From positions 1-51,696 of IMG/VR virus record IMGVR_UViG_3300035670_000297: 51,696 nt of DNA; one strand, 5' to 3'. This document shows positions 26,652 through 36,266 of this stretch, one piece after another. Source of the stretch: a virus (Duplodnaviria > Caudoviricetes). The notes below the pieces were generated by a model. The model was not told the origin of the DNA, ran no database searches, and was given only the letters and a program-made list of their open reading frames with translations. Each line of letters opens with the position of its first letter. Position 1 is the stretch's first letter. Both the position numbers and the translations under genes were made by a program.

Positions 26652-29155
26652 TAGACGTATCTCCTGTCACTGTCAAGTATCCTGCCTTTTAGCGTCAAAG
26701 CAAGCAGGGTAATGTCAGCTCCTGGCCAGAAGCAGACCCACGAGGGGGAGAGCGTTGAAGAGACAACGCCATGCTTTCCAAAGGAGGCGTTTGGCACATC
26801 CTCCGGATCCGTGATCGAGGTGCCAAAACACACCGCTGGGACCTGTCCTCCCCCCACGGACGTGAGCGGGGTAAGCGGCACAGCAGGGCCAGCCAGCGGC
26901 TGGTTTGCCACCAAACCAGGGGCAAGAGGCCCTATAGGACGGGAGCCTCGGTAGACCTCCGCCATCCAGAAGGGGTTGGCCGACGCCGACTCACCGGGAT
27001 CCGCCGTGGGGGGATTAGACGAGGAGTTGTACTCCACATAGGCCGCCATTGAAGAAACCTGCTTGTTCCGGAAGAAGTCCTTGAACTCCCCCGCTCCCGG
27101 TTGGAACTCGGTTCCCACATTCGACCCGGTCCACCGCATAAATACCGGGGCACAGGAGATAAGCCCACGTGAGTCGGGAGACCCCATGCTCGACAAAAGC
27201 ACCCTCTGCCCAAGCGTAAAGGGGGCCACAACGGTGCTGTCTCCTTGGACCACGTATCCAGCGCACCCGTAGTAGTTGGCCTCAGACGGGGTGGAGCCCG
27301 AGGGATCAAACGTAGTTCCCCCCCACGACCCGGTATCCCAGTACCTAATAATGGCGGAGTCCCCCAGCAAACTCTTGTTTCGGGTCACCTCATCCGTGCC
27401 TGTTGCCGGGACAAAGACACCCCAGTTCTGCGTGCCAGACAAGGGTCCTTGGGGCTTGAAGAACAGGGCCCGACGCTCCAGAGCCCCGGTGCTGGAGACC
27501 CAGTTACCAGCCCTCAAGAACTTGAAGGGCAGGTCCACCAACTCGGTCATGCGGCTGGTTGAGAACCACATGAGCGCCGCATGGCCTGTAGCCCCAGTCT
27601 CCGTTTGGGTGGGCCGGTAGGTATAGAGGCACATGGTGTTGGCGTCATAAGCCAGCTGGACTGAGCTGATCGTGGAGATCCAGGTGTTCTGTAGCAGGTT
27701 GTTCAAGCCAAGCACGTCGTCTACCTGACCCTCGGCACTAACCGCCTTCAAGCCACGGTTACTTACGAAGTAGATGAGATTGCCTACCGACTCGATACCC
27801 CACCTAGCTGCCAACCCAAAGCCTGGGTGCATCTCCTCAATCCGAGCAAATGCCCCCTGCCGGCGGATGTGGTAGAGCCTGTCCTGAGAAAAGCCCAGCA
27901 TCATCGATCCAACTTTGCGAAGTCCGATGATCTCGTTTGAGGGGGTTTGTGGAACCCACCGACTAAACGGGCTAAAGTTCTCCGGCAGGATTTCCAGAAG
28001 CGAAGACCACCTCAGCTCCCCCAATCCAGCCGGGGGGGACAGGGGAGTCGTGCCAGTTGGGAGTGTGGGAGCGCCCGAGATGCGGCTAACAAACAGAGTG
28101 CCTTCAAGGAACTGAGCAATGCCTCCCTTGGGCATCGTCGCCTCGAGGTTGCCTCGCTCGACATACACATCCTTGTATACGAGCACCCGGTCTTGGTTTG
28201 ACGCAAAGCCCTCGTAAGTGGTAGTGTTATTCAACCCGTCAATCGTGACCGTGACCTCCAGGTGCATCGGCGCCCCAGAAGCCCCACCGCCAGTTGAACC
28301 CTGATTGACGGTTCGGTAAACGAGTGCCCGGTCATACCCCGTCTTATTGCGGACTGAGTATTGCAACATGCCTCGAGCAGAGTCGAGGTTTAGTGTTGAA
28401 GTCTCGTGAATAAAAACTTCTCCGTTCTCGCTGATGGGGGTCTTACGGCCTGTGGTTGTGTTGATGTACTGAATCGCAAAACCATACCGCCCACGAGTCA
28501 GCCTGTTTGCGTCCGTAGTCCCTGTGGGGTTTGGGCTTGGGCTTGTGGTGCTGCCTGCGTTGTAGGCCCGAACAACAAGATCCGCTGTCTGCGGAGTTGC
28601 AAACGCTGGCGTAACGTTGCCACCTAACAACGAGGAAGACGCTGCGATAGCAAGAACGGTTGGTCGCGCCCCCGGGCCAGCGGGCTCTGCGTCAACGTCC
28701 AAGCTAAACGCGCCACTCGCATTCAAGATGTGAAGCGAAGGGTCATACCCCCTAGCAAACACAAAGATGTACCGACCCAGAACCTGAACGTCTACCTCCA
28801 AACCTACAGCCCCGGTAATCGTTCGAAGGCTAATCTCTGCAATCGAAGACCCGTTCCAACCTCGGAATAGAAACTCGGTGTTGCCTCCGTTCTCGATTAC
28901 AAGAACGTAGCCATACGAAAACGCCGTGGCGCTGCGGAGTGGGTTGACTGGAAAGCAGTTGACCAGCGTCCCGGTTACCGAGAAAGAATCAACGCGAACA
29001 AACCCCGGATGTGGGCGAAGTCCCCCCACGTGGTTGCCGTCAAAGCCGATCAGATCCCAAGCAGTTTCCTTGGGAAGAGACGGACGAGACTGGGCTTTCG
29101 AGGAGCTTACGAGCCCCGCAAAGTTCCAAGTCCAGTTTGTTTCAACGTCAGCCAC
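26651..29155 (-). CDS. Tail nozzle / packaged-DNA stabilisation-like protein, 834 aa
   Basis: G.LRPHPGF start, LRWS...PENF, GLAARWGI..V.N.IYFVS.RG beta-propeller-like pattern as in P22 gp10 / T7 gp12-type proteins. Confidence 0.7.
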   Translation of the reverse strand: MADVETNWTWNFAGLVSSSKAQSRPSLPKETAWDLIGFDGNHVGGLRPHPGFVRVDSFSVTGTLVNCFPVNPLRSATAFSYGYVLVIENGGNTEFLFRGWNGSSIAEISLRTITGAVGLEVDVQVLGRYIFVFARGYDPSLHILNASGAFSLDVDAEPAGPGARPTVLAIAASSSLLGGNVTPAFATPQTADLVVRAYNAGSTTSPSPNPTGTTDANRLTRGRYGFAIQYINTTTGRKTPISENGEVFIHETSTLNLDSARGMLQYSVRNKTGYDRALVYRTVNQGSTGGGASGAPMHLEVTVTIDGLNNTTTYEGFASNQDRVLVYKDVYVERGNLEATMPKGGIAQFLEGTLFVSRISGAPTLPTGTTPLSPPAGLGELRWSSLLEILPENFSPFSRWVPQTPSNEIIGLRKVGSMMLGFSQDRLYHIRRQGAFARIEEMHPGFGLAARWGIESVGNLIYFVSNRGLKAVSAEGQVDDVLGLNNLLQNTWISTISSVQLAYDANTMCLYTYRPTQTETGATGHAALMWFSTSRMTELVDLPFKFLRAGNWVSSTGALERRALFFKPQGPLSGTQNWGVFVPATGTDEVTRNKSLLGDSAIIRYWDTGSWGGTTFDPSGSTPSEANYYGCAGYVVQGDSTVVAPFTLGQRVLLSSMGSPDSRGLISCAPVFMRWTGSNVGTEFQPGAGEFKDFFRNKQVSSMAAYVEYNSSSNPPTADPGESASANPFWMAEVYRGSRPIGPLAPGLVANQPLAGPAVPLTPLTSVGGGQVPAVCFGTSITDPEDVPNASFGKHGVVSSTLSPSWVCFWPGADITLLALTLKGRILDSDRRYV

Positions 29156-29438
29156 CCCTTGCCTCCAGACGATCCAGCCTGAGCCGGAGGTCTGTCAGGT
29201 CCCGATCATGAACCCTATCTGTGCCCGTGAGGTTGATGGTGGTCTTCACCAAGTCGCTTACCACGGCCTTCAGCTCCGTCACGCTTTCCTGCTGGTTCGT
29301 CAAGATCTGGTCCCTCCGACCGATCTCAACGGGAAGCATGATGATGCCAGTCAGGATGCTGAGGAAGGTGCCAGTCTTGGTGATCTGGTCCCAAATCTGG
29401 GGGAACGTGTACTTATGGTTTGGGTTGTAGGGGGGCAT
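29148..29438 (-). CDS. Membrane-anchored coiled-coil protein (holin/XhlA-like)
   Basis: One hydrophobic segment followed by heptads ending LRLRLDRLE. Confidence 0.55.
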   Translation of the reverse strand: MPPYNPNHKYTFPQIWDQITKTGTFLSILTGIIMLPVEIGRRDQILTNQQESVTELKAVVSDLVKTTINLTGTDRVHDRDLTDLRLRLDRLEARGG

Positions 29439-29760
29439 TGGTGGACTTCTTTCGTTCTTCCAGAATAACAGCGGACTTGAGCAGCACCAAGTAGTTGATG
29501 GCGTCCACGATGGTGTCCTGCACGCTCTCGTTGACCTGCAGCTTTCCCTTGCTGATGAAGGTCGCCAACCGGCTCACCTTGTCCAAGAACCGAATGAAGA
29601 TCCCCCCACTAATGGTGCCTACCCCCAAGTGGGGGCCAAGCTCGAAGTTGCGGAACGGGTTGTCCACCCCGTTGGTGTAGTCGGCCTGCTTGATCTTCAT
29701 GATGGACTGGGCCAACTGGCACAGGTCTTCGTGAATCTCCAACACCTCGTCCGTGGTCAT
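29413..29760 (-). CDS. DUF1599/Nmad1-like all-alpha domain (nucleotide-modification associated)
   Basis: K.ADY..PFRNF..IR..DKVSRL..ESVQDT.VD.INY motif; AGGAG RBS. Confidence 0.75.
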   Translation of the reverse strand: MTTDEVLEIHEDLCQLAQSIMKIKQADYTNGVDNPFRNFELGPHLGVGTISGGIFIRFLDKVSRLATFISKGKLQVNESVQDTIVDAINYLVLLKSAVILEERKKSTNAPLQPKP

Positions 29761-30281
29761 GGGGTCTCCTTGTTGGCCTTGCGCCATGCGGCGTCGAACT
29801 CCTTGTCCGATGCCCGCTTCATGGCAATCCATTCCCGGAGGGTTTCTGGCTTGTCTTGGGCCAGCGTTGCGGCGGCCATGTGGGCCTCGTCCACCTTCCT
29901 CCGGGGGAGCCACCCAATGGCTACCCGGATGGCGGAGAATGCCCCGGACGCCGTACCCACCCACACAAGGGCGGCACCGGCGGCTGCAATCAGGGCCCAC
30001 TGCAGGAGGGTGGCCCACCATGGCACCACATCCTTGACCCCCGGAAGGGCCTTGTGGATTCCCCCCACGGATTTGGTGATTGCGGAGGCTTCGGCCTGGA
30101 TCTCGGTGGCGGATCGAATCGACTCCACTTCTTGGGAAGTGTGGCGGATTTGCTCCGCCAGCCGGTGGATCTGGTGGGCGTGGCCGGAAATGGCGTTGGC
30201 CTCCTCAGCGATGTGCTGGGAGGCCGAACACCCAAGAACAAGTGTGCAGAGAAAGATCAGCCCAGCTTGTCGGAGATCCAC
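29757..30281 (-). CDS. Lipoprotein with downstream transmembrane helix (spanin-like)
   Basis: Signal peptide with lipobox VLGC, coiled coil, then WWATLLQWALIAAAGAALVWVG; start uncertain. Confidence 0.65.
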   Translation of the reverse strand: MDLRQAGLIFLCTLVLGCSASQHIAEEANAISGHAHQIHRLAEQIRHTSQEVESIRSATEIQAEASAITKSVGGIHKALPGVKDVVPWWATLLQWALIAAAGAALVWVGTASGAFSAIRVAIGWLPRRKVDEAHMAAATLAQDKPETLREWIAMKRASDKEFDAAWRKANKETP

Positions 30282-30376
30282 GACCCGAGCTTCCCGAGCG
30301 GCAGGACGTTGCCACCGATGTAGCCAAAGGCGAAGAGCATGACACCAAACCAGACGCTGCCAATGAACGATTCCAT
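30257..30376 (-). CDS. Small membrane protein, 39 aa (holin candidate)
   Basis: TAGGAG RBS; MESFIGSVWFGVMLFAFGYIGGNVLPLGKLGSWISDKLG; not in the ORF track. Confidence 0.7.
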   Translation of the reverse strand: MESFIGSVWFGVMLFAFGYIGGNVLPLGKLGSWISDKLG

Positions 30377-30420
30377 GGGTTTCTCCTAACCCCCCGACGT
30401 GGGGGGACCGGGCCAGTATA

Positions 30421-30945
30421 TCACCATTTTCCAATGGGGCACTTCTCTTCGGGGATCCTGACCTTCAGGTTCACGAAGCACCCGCACACCTTGCAGCTCT
30501 TCCCCGTCCACTGGTCACACCCCTTGCACACCTCCAACCGCGCCTTCGACTCCTCCGTTTCCGGCTTCGTCAACGCCTTGGCCGCCTTAACCGCCCCCTT
30601 CGCATAATGCATAATGCCTTGACTCTCGGGGGAAGTTGTATGGGGGTTAGGCTGGATGCTAGAGGTGGCGGGTGTTTTAGCAGCCTTGAAAGATTTGACT
30701 CGGCACGACAACATAAGAGCGCGATTCAAAGCCGCTAGGACTCCAACGCACCTCCCATAGAAGTCCTCATCAGATTCCTCTTCTCCTTTTTGAATGGGCA
30801 TCTGACCCCCCGCTTGTTCGTAGAGTTTAAGAATATTGGGGGCTGCATTTGTCAACACCGGGACCAAAGCAGTATTGACATCTTCAATAAGTTGCATAAG
30901 GAGTTTTTTCTCCTCAGCTCCGCCTTCGATTTTTATTGAGTTCAT
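30421..30945 (-). CDS. Protein with C-terminal Cys cluster (DUF6171-like)
   Basis: RLEVCKGC..CKVCGCFV..K....E.CP.GKW; ATGA overlap. Confidence 0.75.
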   Translation of the reverse strand: MNSIKIEGGAEEKKLLMQLIEDVNTALVPVLTNAAPNILKLYEQAGGQMPIQKGEEESDEDFYGRCVGVLAALNRALMLSCRVKSFKAAKTPATSSIQPNPHTTSPESQGIMHYAKGAVKAAKALTKPETEESKARLEVCKGCDQWTGKSCKVCGCFVNLKVRIPEEKCPIGKW

Positions 30946-31973
30946 GGGCATCCACAGAATCCAGTGCAATCAAATGTTACGGGGTTTGTAATTTCAGTAC
31001 CACTAGCACTACCGCTACAAGGACCCTGACAAGTTATGTATGCAATTTCCGTATCAGTAGCGGAAGGGTCTGTACAGTTTGGAGAGTTGCAAGCCCTAGT
31101 AGCTCCTACGATGGCACCACTAAAGATCTGAGTAATATCTGGGTTGCAAAACGCATCTGTAAAGTTGAACGTGGTAAGTGTAAATGGGTTAATAAGGGCT
31201 TTACAACTTGCCCAAGTTGTCAAAGAATTAGTAACCAACACATCAACATACACACATTGAACACCAGGCTGGTTGCACGATCGAGTTGTACCGTTACCTC
31301 CGCACGCTACATCCTGTTGTTGGCACGTGCACGTCATTGGATTTGGGCAGGCAACGGGAGCAAACAACGAATCTGCAATAACCCCAGTCACATTTGAGCA
31401 ATCAGATCCCCCTGAGTTGCAATCAGATGTAGTTGTGCATTGAGCGTATCCATTCCAAGTTTGAATGTTTACCTGAACCCACCGACAAATTACACAATCA
31501 TCGTCATTGAGGGGGGGTGTGCGGTCTGAACAGATCCTTGAAGAACAGGGGTCAGTTGAGAAGTTGCCAGCTACTGCGTTGCAGTCGCACTCTGTAACCC
31601 CGTCAAAACAGTCACCATCAACAAGACAGCACGAACCTGATAACTCGCTGTCACAACACTCTGTAACGCCAGTTACAACCGTACCCCCTGATTGAATACA
31701 AAGGCATTCATCAATGCTGATGGGGGCTCCTATTCCAAAACAACAGTCCACAGTAAGTTCTGGGTTACAGGGACAAGAATCTGGATCACAGTTTGTACCT
31801 ACCCCCAAAAACGTGCCGGAAAACAAATCACACTCGTCGGAAGAAAAGCCAGGAAGACACCCGTACAAGTGGTGACAGCACGCTCCACCCTCTCCTTCAC
31901 AACAGCAGCTGAGGTTGGCAGCCAGGGATCCCCCCACTTGGAACAGCTGGCCGTTGTAGGTGTAGAGCGGCAC
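30942..31973 (-). CDS. Very Cys-rich protein with GACC-type repeats
   Basis: GACC, DCC and GSCC repeat units with EC.C...G spacing; lower GC. Confidence 0.75.
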   Translation of the reverse strand: MPLYTYNGQLFQVGGSLAANLSCCCEGEGGACCHHLYGCLPGFSSDECDLFSGTFLGVGTNCDPDSCPCNPELTVDCCFGIGAPISIDECLCIQSGGTVVTGVTECCDSELSGSCCLVDGDCFDGVTECDCNAVAGNFSTDPCSSRICSDRTPPLNDDDCVICRWVQVNIQTWNGYAQCTTTSDCNSGGSDCSNVTGVIADSLFAPVACPNPMTCTCQQQDVACGGNGTTRSCNQPGVQCVYVDVLVTNSLTTWASCKALINPFTLTTFNFTDAFCNPDITQIFSGAIVGATRACNSPNCTDPSATDTEIAYITCQGPCSGSASGTEITNPVTFDCTGFCGCP

Positions 31974-31985
31974 GACCGGACTGTA

Positions 31986-32828
31986 TCAGACAATCTCACG
32001 ATAGACCACGAAGGATCCGGCCTTGCAGGTGATGGCAGAGCTTGCAACCTCTGAGGCAAACCGGGCGATCAAGACCGCATCAGCATCGGCCAAGATCATG
32101 CCTCTCATCCTAGCCAAGTTTCTGGTTGTACTTCCACTACTGGTGTTAGCAGTAGCTGGAGAATCAAAAGCAAGTACGTTTGCGTTTCTCGTGGTTGTTG
32201 TGGCGCCTGCGCTATATTCGCTGCTCATTACAAGACCACCAGCGGTTCCTGCACTGGCGTTGACTGCCCATCGGGAGCCAGTAGCACCAGAGGCCGATGC
32301 GTAATAGCAAAAGAATTCAAATTGGTACAACTTGCCGCTGGTGATTGCAAACGACAAGCCCGTCACGTCTGCAATCGTGTTGGCCACAGCGTTGTTGTTG
32401 ACCACATCTGAGTTGAGAACAACGATGTTGAAGCCAAGATCTGCAGGACCCGCAATCTGGTTGATTGAACTCTTGACCGTACCCGCTGCGGAGATCACCA
32501 CAAACCCACCACTGTCAGTCCACTGCAGGTTCTCGTCCGGGGCCAGGTTCACTCTGTAAAGCAGCCGAGCGCCCACACTGATTGATACATAAGCCGACGA
32601 GCTGTCGTCGTTGTGGATGGTGATGAAGTCGATGCCCCGCATGTATCCCACGGCTGGGGCAGCGACCAAGTTCACGGGGGTTGTGTCGTTCGTGTCGGTG
32701 GAGGTGAACCCCGGAGTCAACTCACCAACCTGCGTGTCACGCCACGAGGCGTAGCAAGTTAGCTGGTTGCTGGCTACGGCGGTGTCGAGCACCACTTCCA
32801 GATTTGTGCTTGAGTTGAGGTAGATCAT
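31986..32828 (-). CDS. Beta-rich tail fibre/spike-like protein, 280 aa
   Basis: DVTGLSFAI..G..Y.FEF and ARFASEV..SAIT.KAGS patterns. Confidence 0.65.
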   Translation of the reverse strand: MIYLNSSTNLEVVLDTAVASNQLTCYASWRDTQVGELTPGFTSTDTNDTTPVNLVAAPAVGYMRGIDFITIHNDDSSSAYVSISVGARLLYRVNLAPDENLQWTDSGGFVVISAAGTVKSSINQIAGPADLGFNIVVLNSDVVNNNAVANTIADVTGLSFAITSGKLYQFEFFCYYASASGATGSRWAVNASAGTAGGLVMSSEYSAGATTTTRNANVLAFDSPATANTSSGSTTRNLARMRGMILADADAVLIARFASEVASSAITCKAGSFVVYREIV

Positions 32829-32830
32829 CG

Positions 32831-33499
32831 TCAGGTTCCAATCGACTCGATTCGCATGACCTCGTCAAACTCCACACCACCCGGGGTAGGCAGCCCTTCG
32901 GGGCAGGTGTTGACCGGCTCAAGGCCATTAGCCGTAGTACCGGCACAGGCGGTACTGGAGTCTGCAGACCCATCAAACGAGGTGATAAGGCCGTCCTTGA
33001 TACGCAGCCTAAACCTCATCTTCAGGATGTTGTTGGCATCAACAGCCGGGTCGTAATACCAATCCTCCAACACCGGAATGTCGGTAGTGCCCGAGCATGC
33101 GGTGTCTCCCGTGGCCTTCCACGATTCAAGGTCGGCGACCCGCTGGCACAACTCTGAGATATCGCACGGGGCAAAGCCCGACACAAAGTTAGTCACGTTC
33201 TGCATGAAGGACTGCAAGTCATACGAGTTCTGCAGTGCGACATTCAAGGGGTTTCCGTAGTTCGACGACATGTCGATGTACGGAGAGTTGTATGTTGGGT
33301 TGCTGTTTACGCTGAGGGAGATGGGTGGAATCTCCGGCATCCGGATCCCCGCAGCCTGCACCGTGATGTTTGACTCTCTTTGAGAGTCGGAAGACGGCTG
33401 AACCGTCATGGGCGGTGGCCCAGGAAAGGAGAAGCTTTGCCCCCAGCCAGAGGACATACGACTCTGCAAGCCAGAGCTGAAGCTTGGGCGAGTGAGCAT
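32831..33499 (-). CDS. Hypothetical structural-region protein, 222 aa
   Basis: TAATG coupling. Confidence 0.7.
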   Translation of the reverse strand: MLTRPSFSSGLQSRMSSGWGQSFSFPGPPPMTVQPSSDSQRESNITVQAAGIRMPEIPPISLSVNSNPTYNSPYIDMSSNYGNPLNVALQNSYDLQSFMQNVTNFVSGFAPCDISELCQRVADLESWKATGDTACSGTTDIPVLEDWYYDPAVDANNILKMRFRLRIKDGLITSFDGSADSSTACAGTTANGLEPVNTCPEGLPTPGGVEFDEVMRIESIGT

Positions 33500-34407
33500 T
33501 ACGGCTTCCAGTCAGGGTTGTCTGGCGTGTACTTCTGCCAACTCTTGCCTGTCCGTGCCTGCATGTTCGACAGGTTGTCGGTAATGGTCTTGAGCGCCAT
33601 GCGGTACTGCTCAACAAGCAACGCATGCTGGGACTGCGAAACCTTTCGCCACGTTCCCAACTTGATTGCAGAAGCCAGCGTTACCGCCTCCGTCATTGAC
33701 TGGAAGTTAGGCGGAGCAACCTCATAGCTGTAGTTTGACACCGACAAAGTAAACGGCCTACCCACCGTAGCAACTCTCGTTGAGGTGTTGTATGCCGTGA
33801 TGATGCGCTCCTCGTGCACGTTCGCGCCATACAGCCTCAGGGTCTGTCCCGCATAAGCGTTGGGACGCTTATCAAGGAGGCCCAGCGTTGGAACACCTGC
33901 AAGGGTGAACGTGGTGGTTGTGGTCAAGTATCCGTTAGCCGGATCGCCCGGACCACTGTGAGAGTAGTAGTGGGGACGCATGTCCCCGTTGGACAGGTAG
34001 AGAACAGTGATGTCTTCCGCCACATCTGGGAATGGGCGGAAACAGATCATGTTGCCCTCCAAGATCCAGCCTGGTCCCCCCACGGCAAACATTCCTCGGG
34101 GCGTCCACTCGCGCTCGTGCAGACCGTTGTCGTCAGAGCCGCTGGAGAACTTGACTACTCGAAGCACCTCGCCCACGCACGGTGGCAGGGTGTAGCACTC
34201 TTGGTCCTTGACCAGCGAGATGTTGAACTTGAGGAGGACCGGGTTCTCCGCGTTCAGGGACAACCGGGCCTGCACATCGACGATCGAGGGCATCACGATG
34301 TGCTGAAGCAGGTACTGATCGTTGTACTTCGCCTCAAAGTCCGCGTCATCCAAGTAGCCGCGAAGCCGCTCGAGGACCGTCTTCAGAAATGATTCGCTGC
34401 TATCCAT
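33499..34407 (-). CDS. Head-tail adaptor-like protein, 302 aa
   Basis: N-terminal helix LERLRGYLDD, DQECYTLP and F.PFPD..Y motifs as in podovirus adaptors. Confidence 0.6.
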   Translation of the reverse strand: MDSSESFLKTVLERLRGYLDDADFEAKYNDQYLLQHIVMPSIVDVQARLSLNAENPVLLKFNISLVKDQECYTLPPCVGEVLRVVKFSSGSDDNGLHEREWTPRGMFAVGGPGWILEGNMICFRPFPDVAEDITVLYLSNGDMRPHYYSHSGPGDPANGYLTTTTTFTLAGVPTLGLLDKRPNAYAGQTLRLYGANVHEERIITAYNTSTRVATVGRPFTLSVSNYSYEVAPPNFQSMTEAVTLASAIKLGTWRKVSQSQHALLVEQYRMALKTITDNLSNMQARTGKSWQKYTPDNPDWKP

Positions 34408-34410
34408 GGG

Positions 34411-34683
34411 CTACTCCGAGGTGCTCCAGTCCATAAACTCGTCAATCGAACAGCGATTCAAGAATAACGGGGTTCCCTCGCCCTTCCAATCACTTTCTAC
34501 CCGGTACTGAAGGTACTCATCCGCCTGCTCCTCCGTCAGGCCGGCGGCAGTCATCAGGATCTTCTGAGCCTTCTTGCGGTCGTAGATTGCCAGTGGGGGG
34601 CGGTGAAGGCACCAAGCGTAGCCAAGGAAGGCATCTTCAAAGCCCTCCGCGACCAGGGTTTGGTTGGGGTACTCCTCAGCCAT
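34411..34683 (-). CDS. Conserved-type phage hypothetical protein, 90 aa
   Basis: EGFEDAFLG..IYD..A.EY....GEGTP.F pattern. Confidence 0.75.
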   Translation of the reverse strand: MAEEYPNQTLVAEGFEDAFLGYAWCLHRPPLAIYDRKKAQKILMTAAGLTEEQADEYLQYRVESDWKGEGTPLFLNRCSIDEFMDWSTSE

Positions 34684-35230
34684 GTGAGTAGACGCGACCG
34701 GCCTGCAGCCTGTTCAGGTCCTCACGAACCTGCCCAAAGCCGTCCGGGTCTTCCATCTCGGACTGAACCGGGGTCATTCCCATTTCCATCTGAAGCGCCT
34801 GGTACTCCATCCCCAGCTTCCGGAGTCTGGATGCCGCGCTCTTTCTGGTGTCTTCTCGAGCCTCGGCAAGCTGCTTCTTGAGAGACGCCATGCGCCTCAA
34901 GTTTGACTTGGCCCGATCGACGACCGCTTGAGCAGTGACCATCCGAGCATCAAAGTATTCCCGGGTGGGTCTGTTGTCGGGGGCGTAGGACTCAAGCTCT
35001 TGGGCGTATAAGGGGGGATAGATCCAGTCAGCAAGCACGAGGTTCCCTGTTTCGAGGTGCTCGTACTCAAACAAGGAAGGACGCTGATAGTGTCGTCGCA
35101 TCCAGAGGATGAAGTCACCATCGGGCAGGATCCGATGACGCGAGCCATCCATCTGCAGTCCATTTGCACAGGCCTCCCAAATCGGGTCATAAACGACCTG
35201 AATGTCAACAGTAGGGCTACTTGACTCCAT
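34676..35230 (-). CDS. Hypothetical protein, 184 aa
   Basis: Open frame coupled to neighbours. Confidence 0.7.
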   Translation of the reverse strand: MESSSPTVDIQVVYDPIWEACANGLQMDGSRHRILPDGDFILWMRRHYQRPSLFEYEHLETGNLVLADWIYPPLYAQELESYAPDNRPTREYFDARMVTAQAVVDRAKSNLRRMASLKKQLAEAREDTRKSAASRLRKLGMEYQALQMEMGMTPVQSEMEDPDGFGQVREDLNRLQAGRVYSHG

Positions 35231-35477
35231 AGGGCTTTGCTTTCTTCACGAGGCGGGGCATTCGTTTTGAGAAGGGCTTGGCCGACTTCGACCCTGCTTT
35301 CAAGACACGTTGAAGCGTAGCATAGTGGAGTGGGTGCAGGTTCTTCGTTCGCCTGCTTGGAAGCTCTGGATTGATCTGACGCGACCTGCCCGCAAGTGGT
35401 CGAGCCTTCAGGGCCCCACGCTTTAGCCTCGCACTGACCCGAGACCACACCGACTTGATTGCCTTCTTCTTAGCCAT
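35217..35477 (-). CDS. Small basic protein, 86 aa
   Basis: K/R-rich; overlapping start and stop. Confidence 0.65.
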   Translation of the reverse strand: MAKKKAIKSVWSRVSARLKRGALKARPLAGRSRQINPELPSRRTKNLHPLHYATLQRVLKAGSKSAKPFSKRMPRLVKKAKPYGVK

Positions 35478-35847
35478 TCTTCAACCTCTTGGCCATTCTA
35501 CGGATGGGGCTGACCTTCTTGCCAAACGCACCCTGCATTCCAACACGCGACTTCTCCGCCTTCTTGGCCGCGAGCTGAGACCCACTCATCTCCCCCCGCG
35601 TCACGGGGGTCTTGCTGCTCACCCGTCGAGACGGTCGGCAATACTCATTGCTGCCCCCCGCTCCGCACGCCTTGCCGGTGCGGGTGTCCACCCACTTCTC
35701 GGCGGTCCACCGCTTGAGGTTCGCGCCGGCCTGCGTCTTCCGCACATTGCCACTGGCCTTGCGGCACTTGGCCGTGGCCTGAGCCGCACGGGCTGACCAC
35801 TTCCCGTAGGACGCCATCACCTTCCGATAGCACGCGTCCTTGGCCAC
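35470..35847 (-). CDS. Basic protein, DUF5872-like
   Basis: DACY.KV..WSARAAQ, LKRWT.EKW, G..CG, YCRP..RVS.KTP. Confidence 0.7.
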   Translation of the reverse strand: MAKDACYRKVMASYGKWSARAAQATAKCRKASGNVRKTQAGANLKRWTAEKWVDTRTGKACGAGGSNEYCRPSRRVSSKTPVTRGEMSGSQLAAKKAEKSRVGMQGAFGKKVSPIRRMAKRLKNG

Positions 35848-35848
35848 A

Positions 35849-36100
35849 CTAGCAGTTCCAGGCCCTGAGGGACTTGTTGATTCGGGAGTTGGGATCCCGC
35901 GAGGTCTTGGCGCTCGTAAGCTTCTTCTTCATGCCTCGCATGCGGGCACAGAAGGAGTTGCGTCGCTTGCCACCCTCAGGCTGGGGTCGCTTCAAGTTCC
36001 CGCCCGTAGCCTTGTTGTAGGCACGGCGGCCAAGCTCAGAGAGTCCCCCCAGCGGATTCTTGTGCTTCGCCTTGAACTTGAACTTGGGTCGTTTAGCCAC
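35849..36100 (-). CDS. Basic protein, DUF6321-like
   Basis: KNP.GGL...GR..YN..TG.NLK.P, RR.SFCARM.G, DPNSRINKSLR.W.C. Confidence 0.75.
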   Translation of the reverse strand: MAKRPKFKFKAKHKNPLGGLSELGRRAYNKATGGNLKRPQPEGGKRRNSFCARMRGMKKKLTSAKTSRDPNSRINKSLRAWNC

Positions 36101-36101
36101 G

Positions 36102-36263
36102 TTAGCCCTTCTTCTTGGCCATGCGCTTGAAGGTCTTGGCTAGGTTGTAGCGACGAGAACCGGGCTTGCAGGTTGGGCCCCCGAACTTGGGGCCGGTACA
36201 CACGCCCTTAGTGCCACGACGCTTGATGCCGGCCGCAACCTTCTGGATCCACTTCTCAGCCAC
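36102..36263 (-). CDS. Small basic protein, 53 aa
   Basis: MAEKWIQKVAAGIKRRGTKGVCTGPKFGGPTCKPGSRRYNLAKTFKRMAKKKG fills the gap exactly; not in the ORF track. Confidence 0.7.
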   Translation of the reverse strand: MAEKWIQKVAAGIKRRGTKGVCTGPKFGGPTCKPGSRRYNLAKTFKRMAKKKG

Positions 36264-36266
36264 GGC

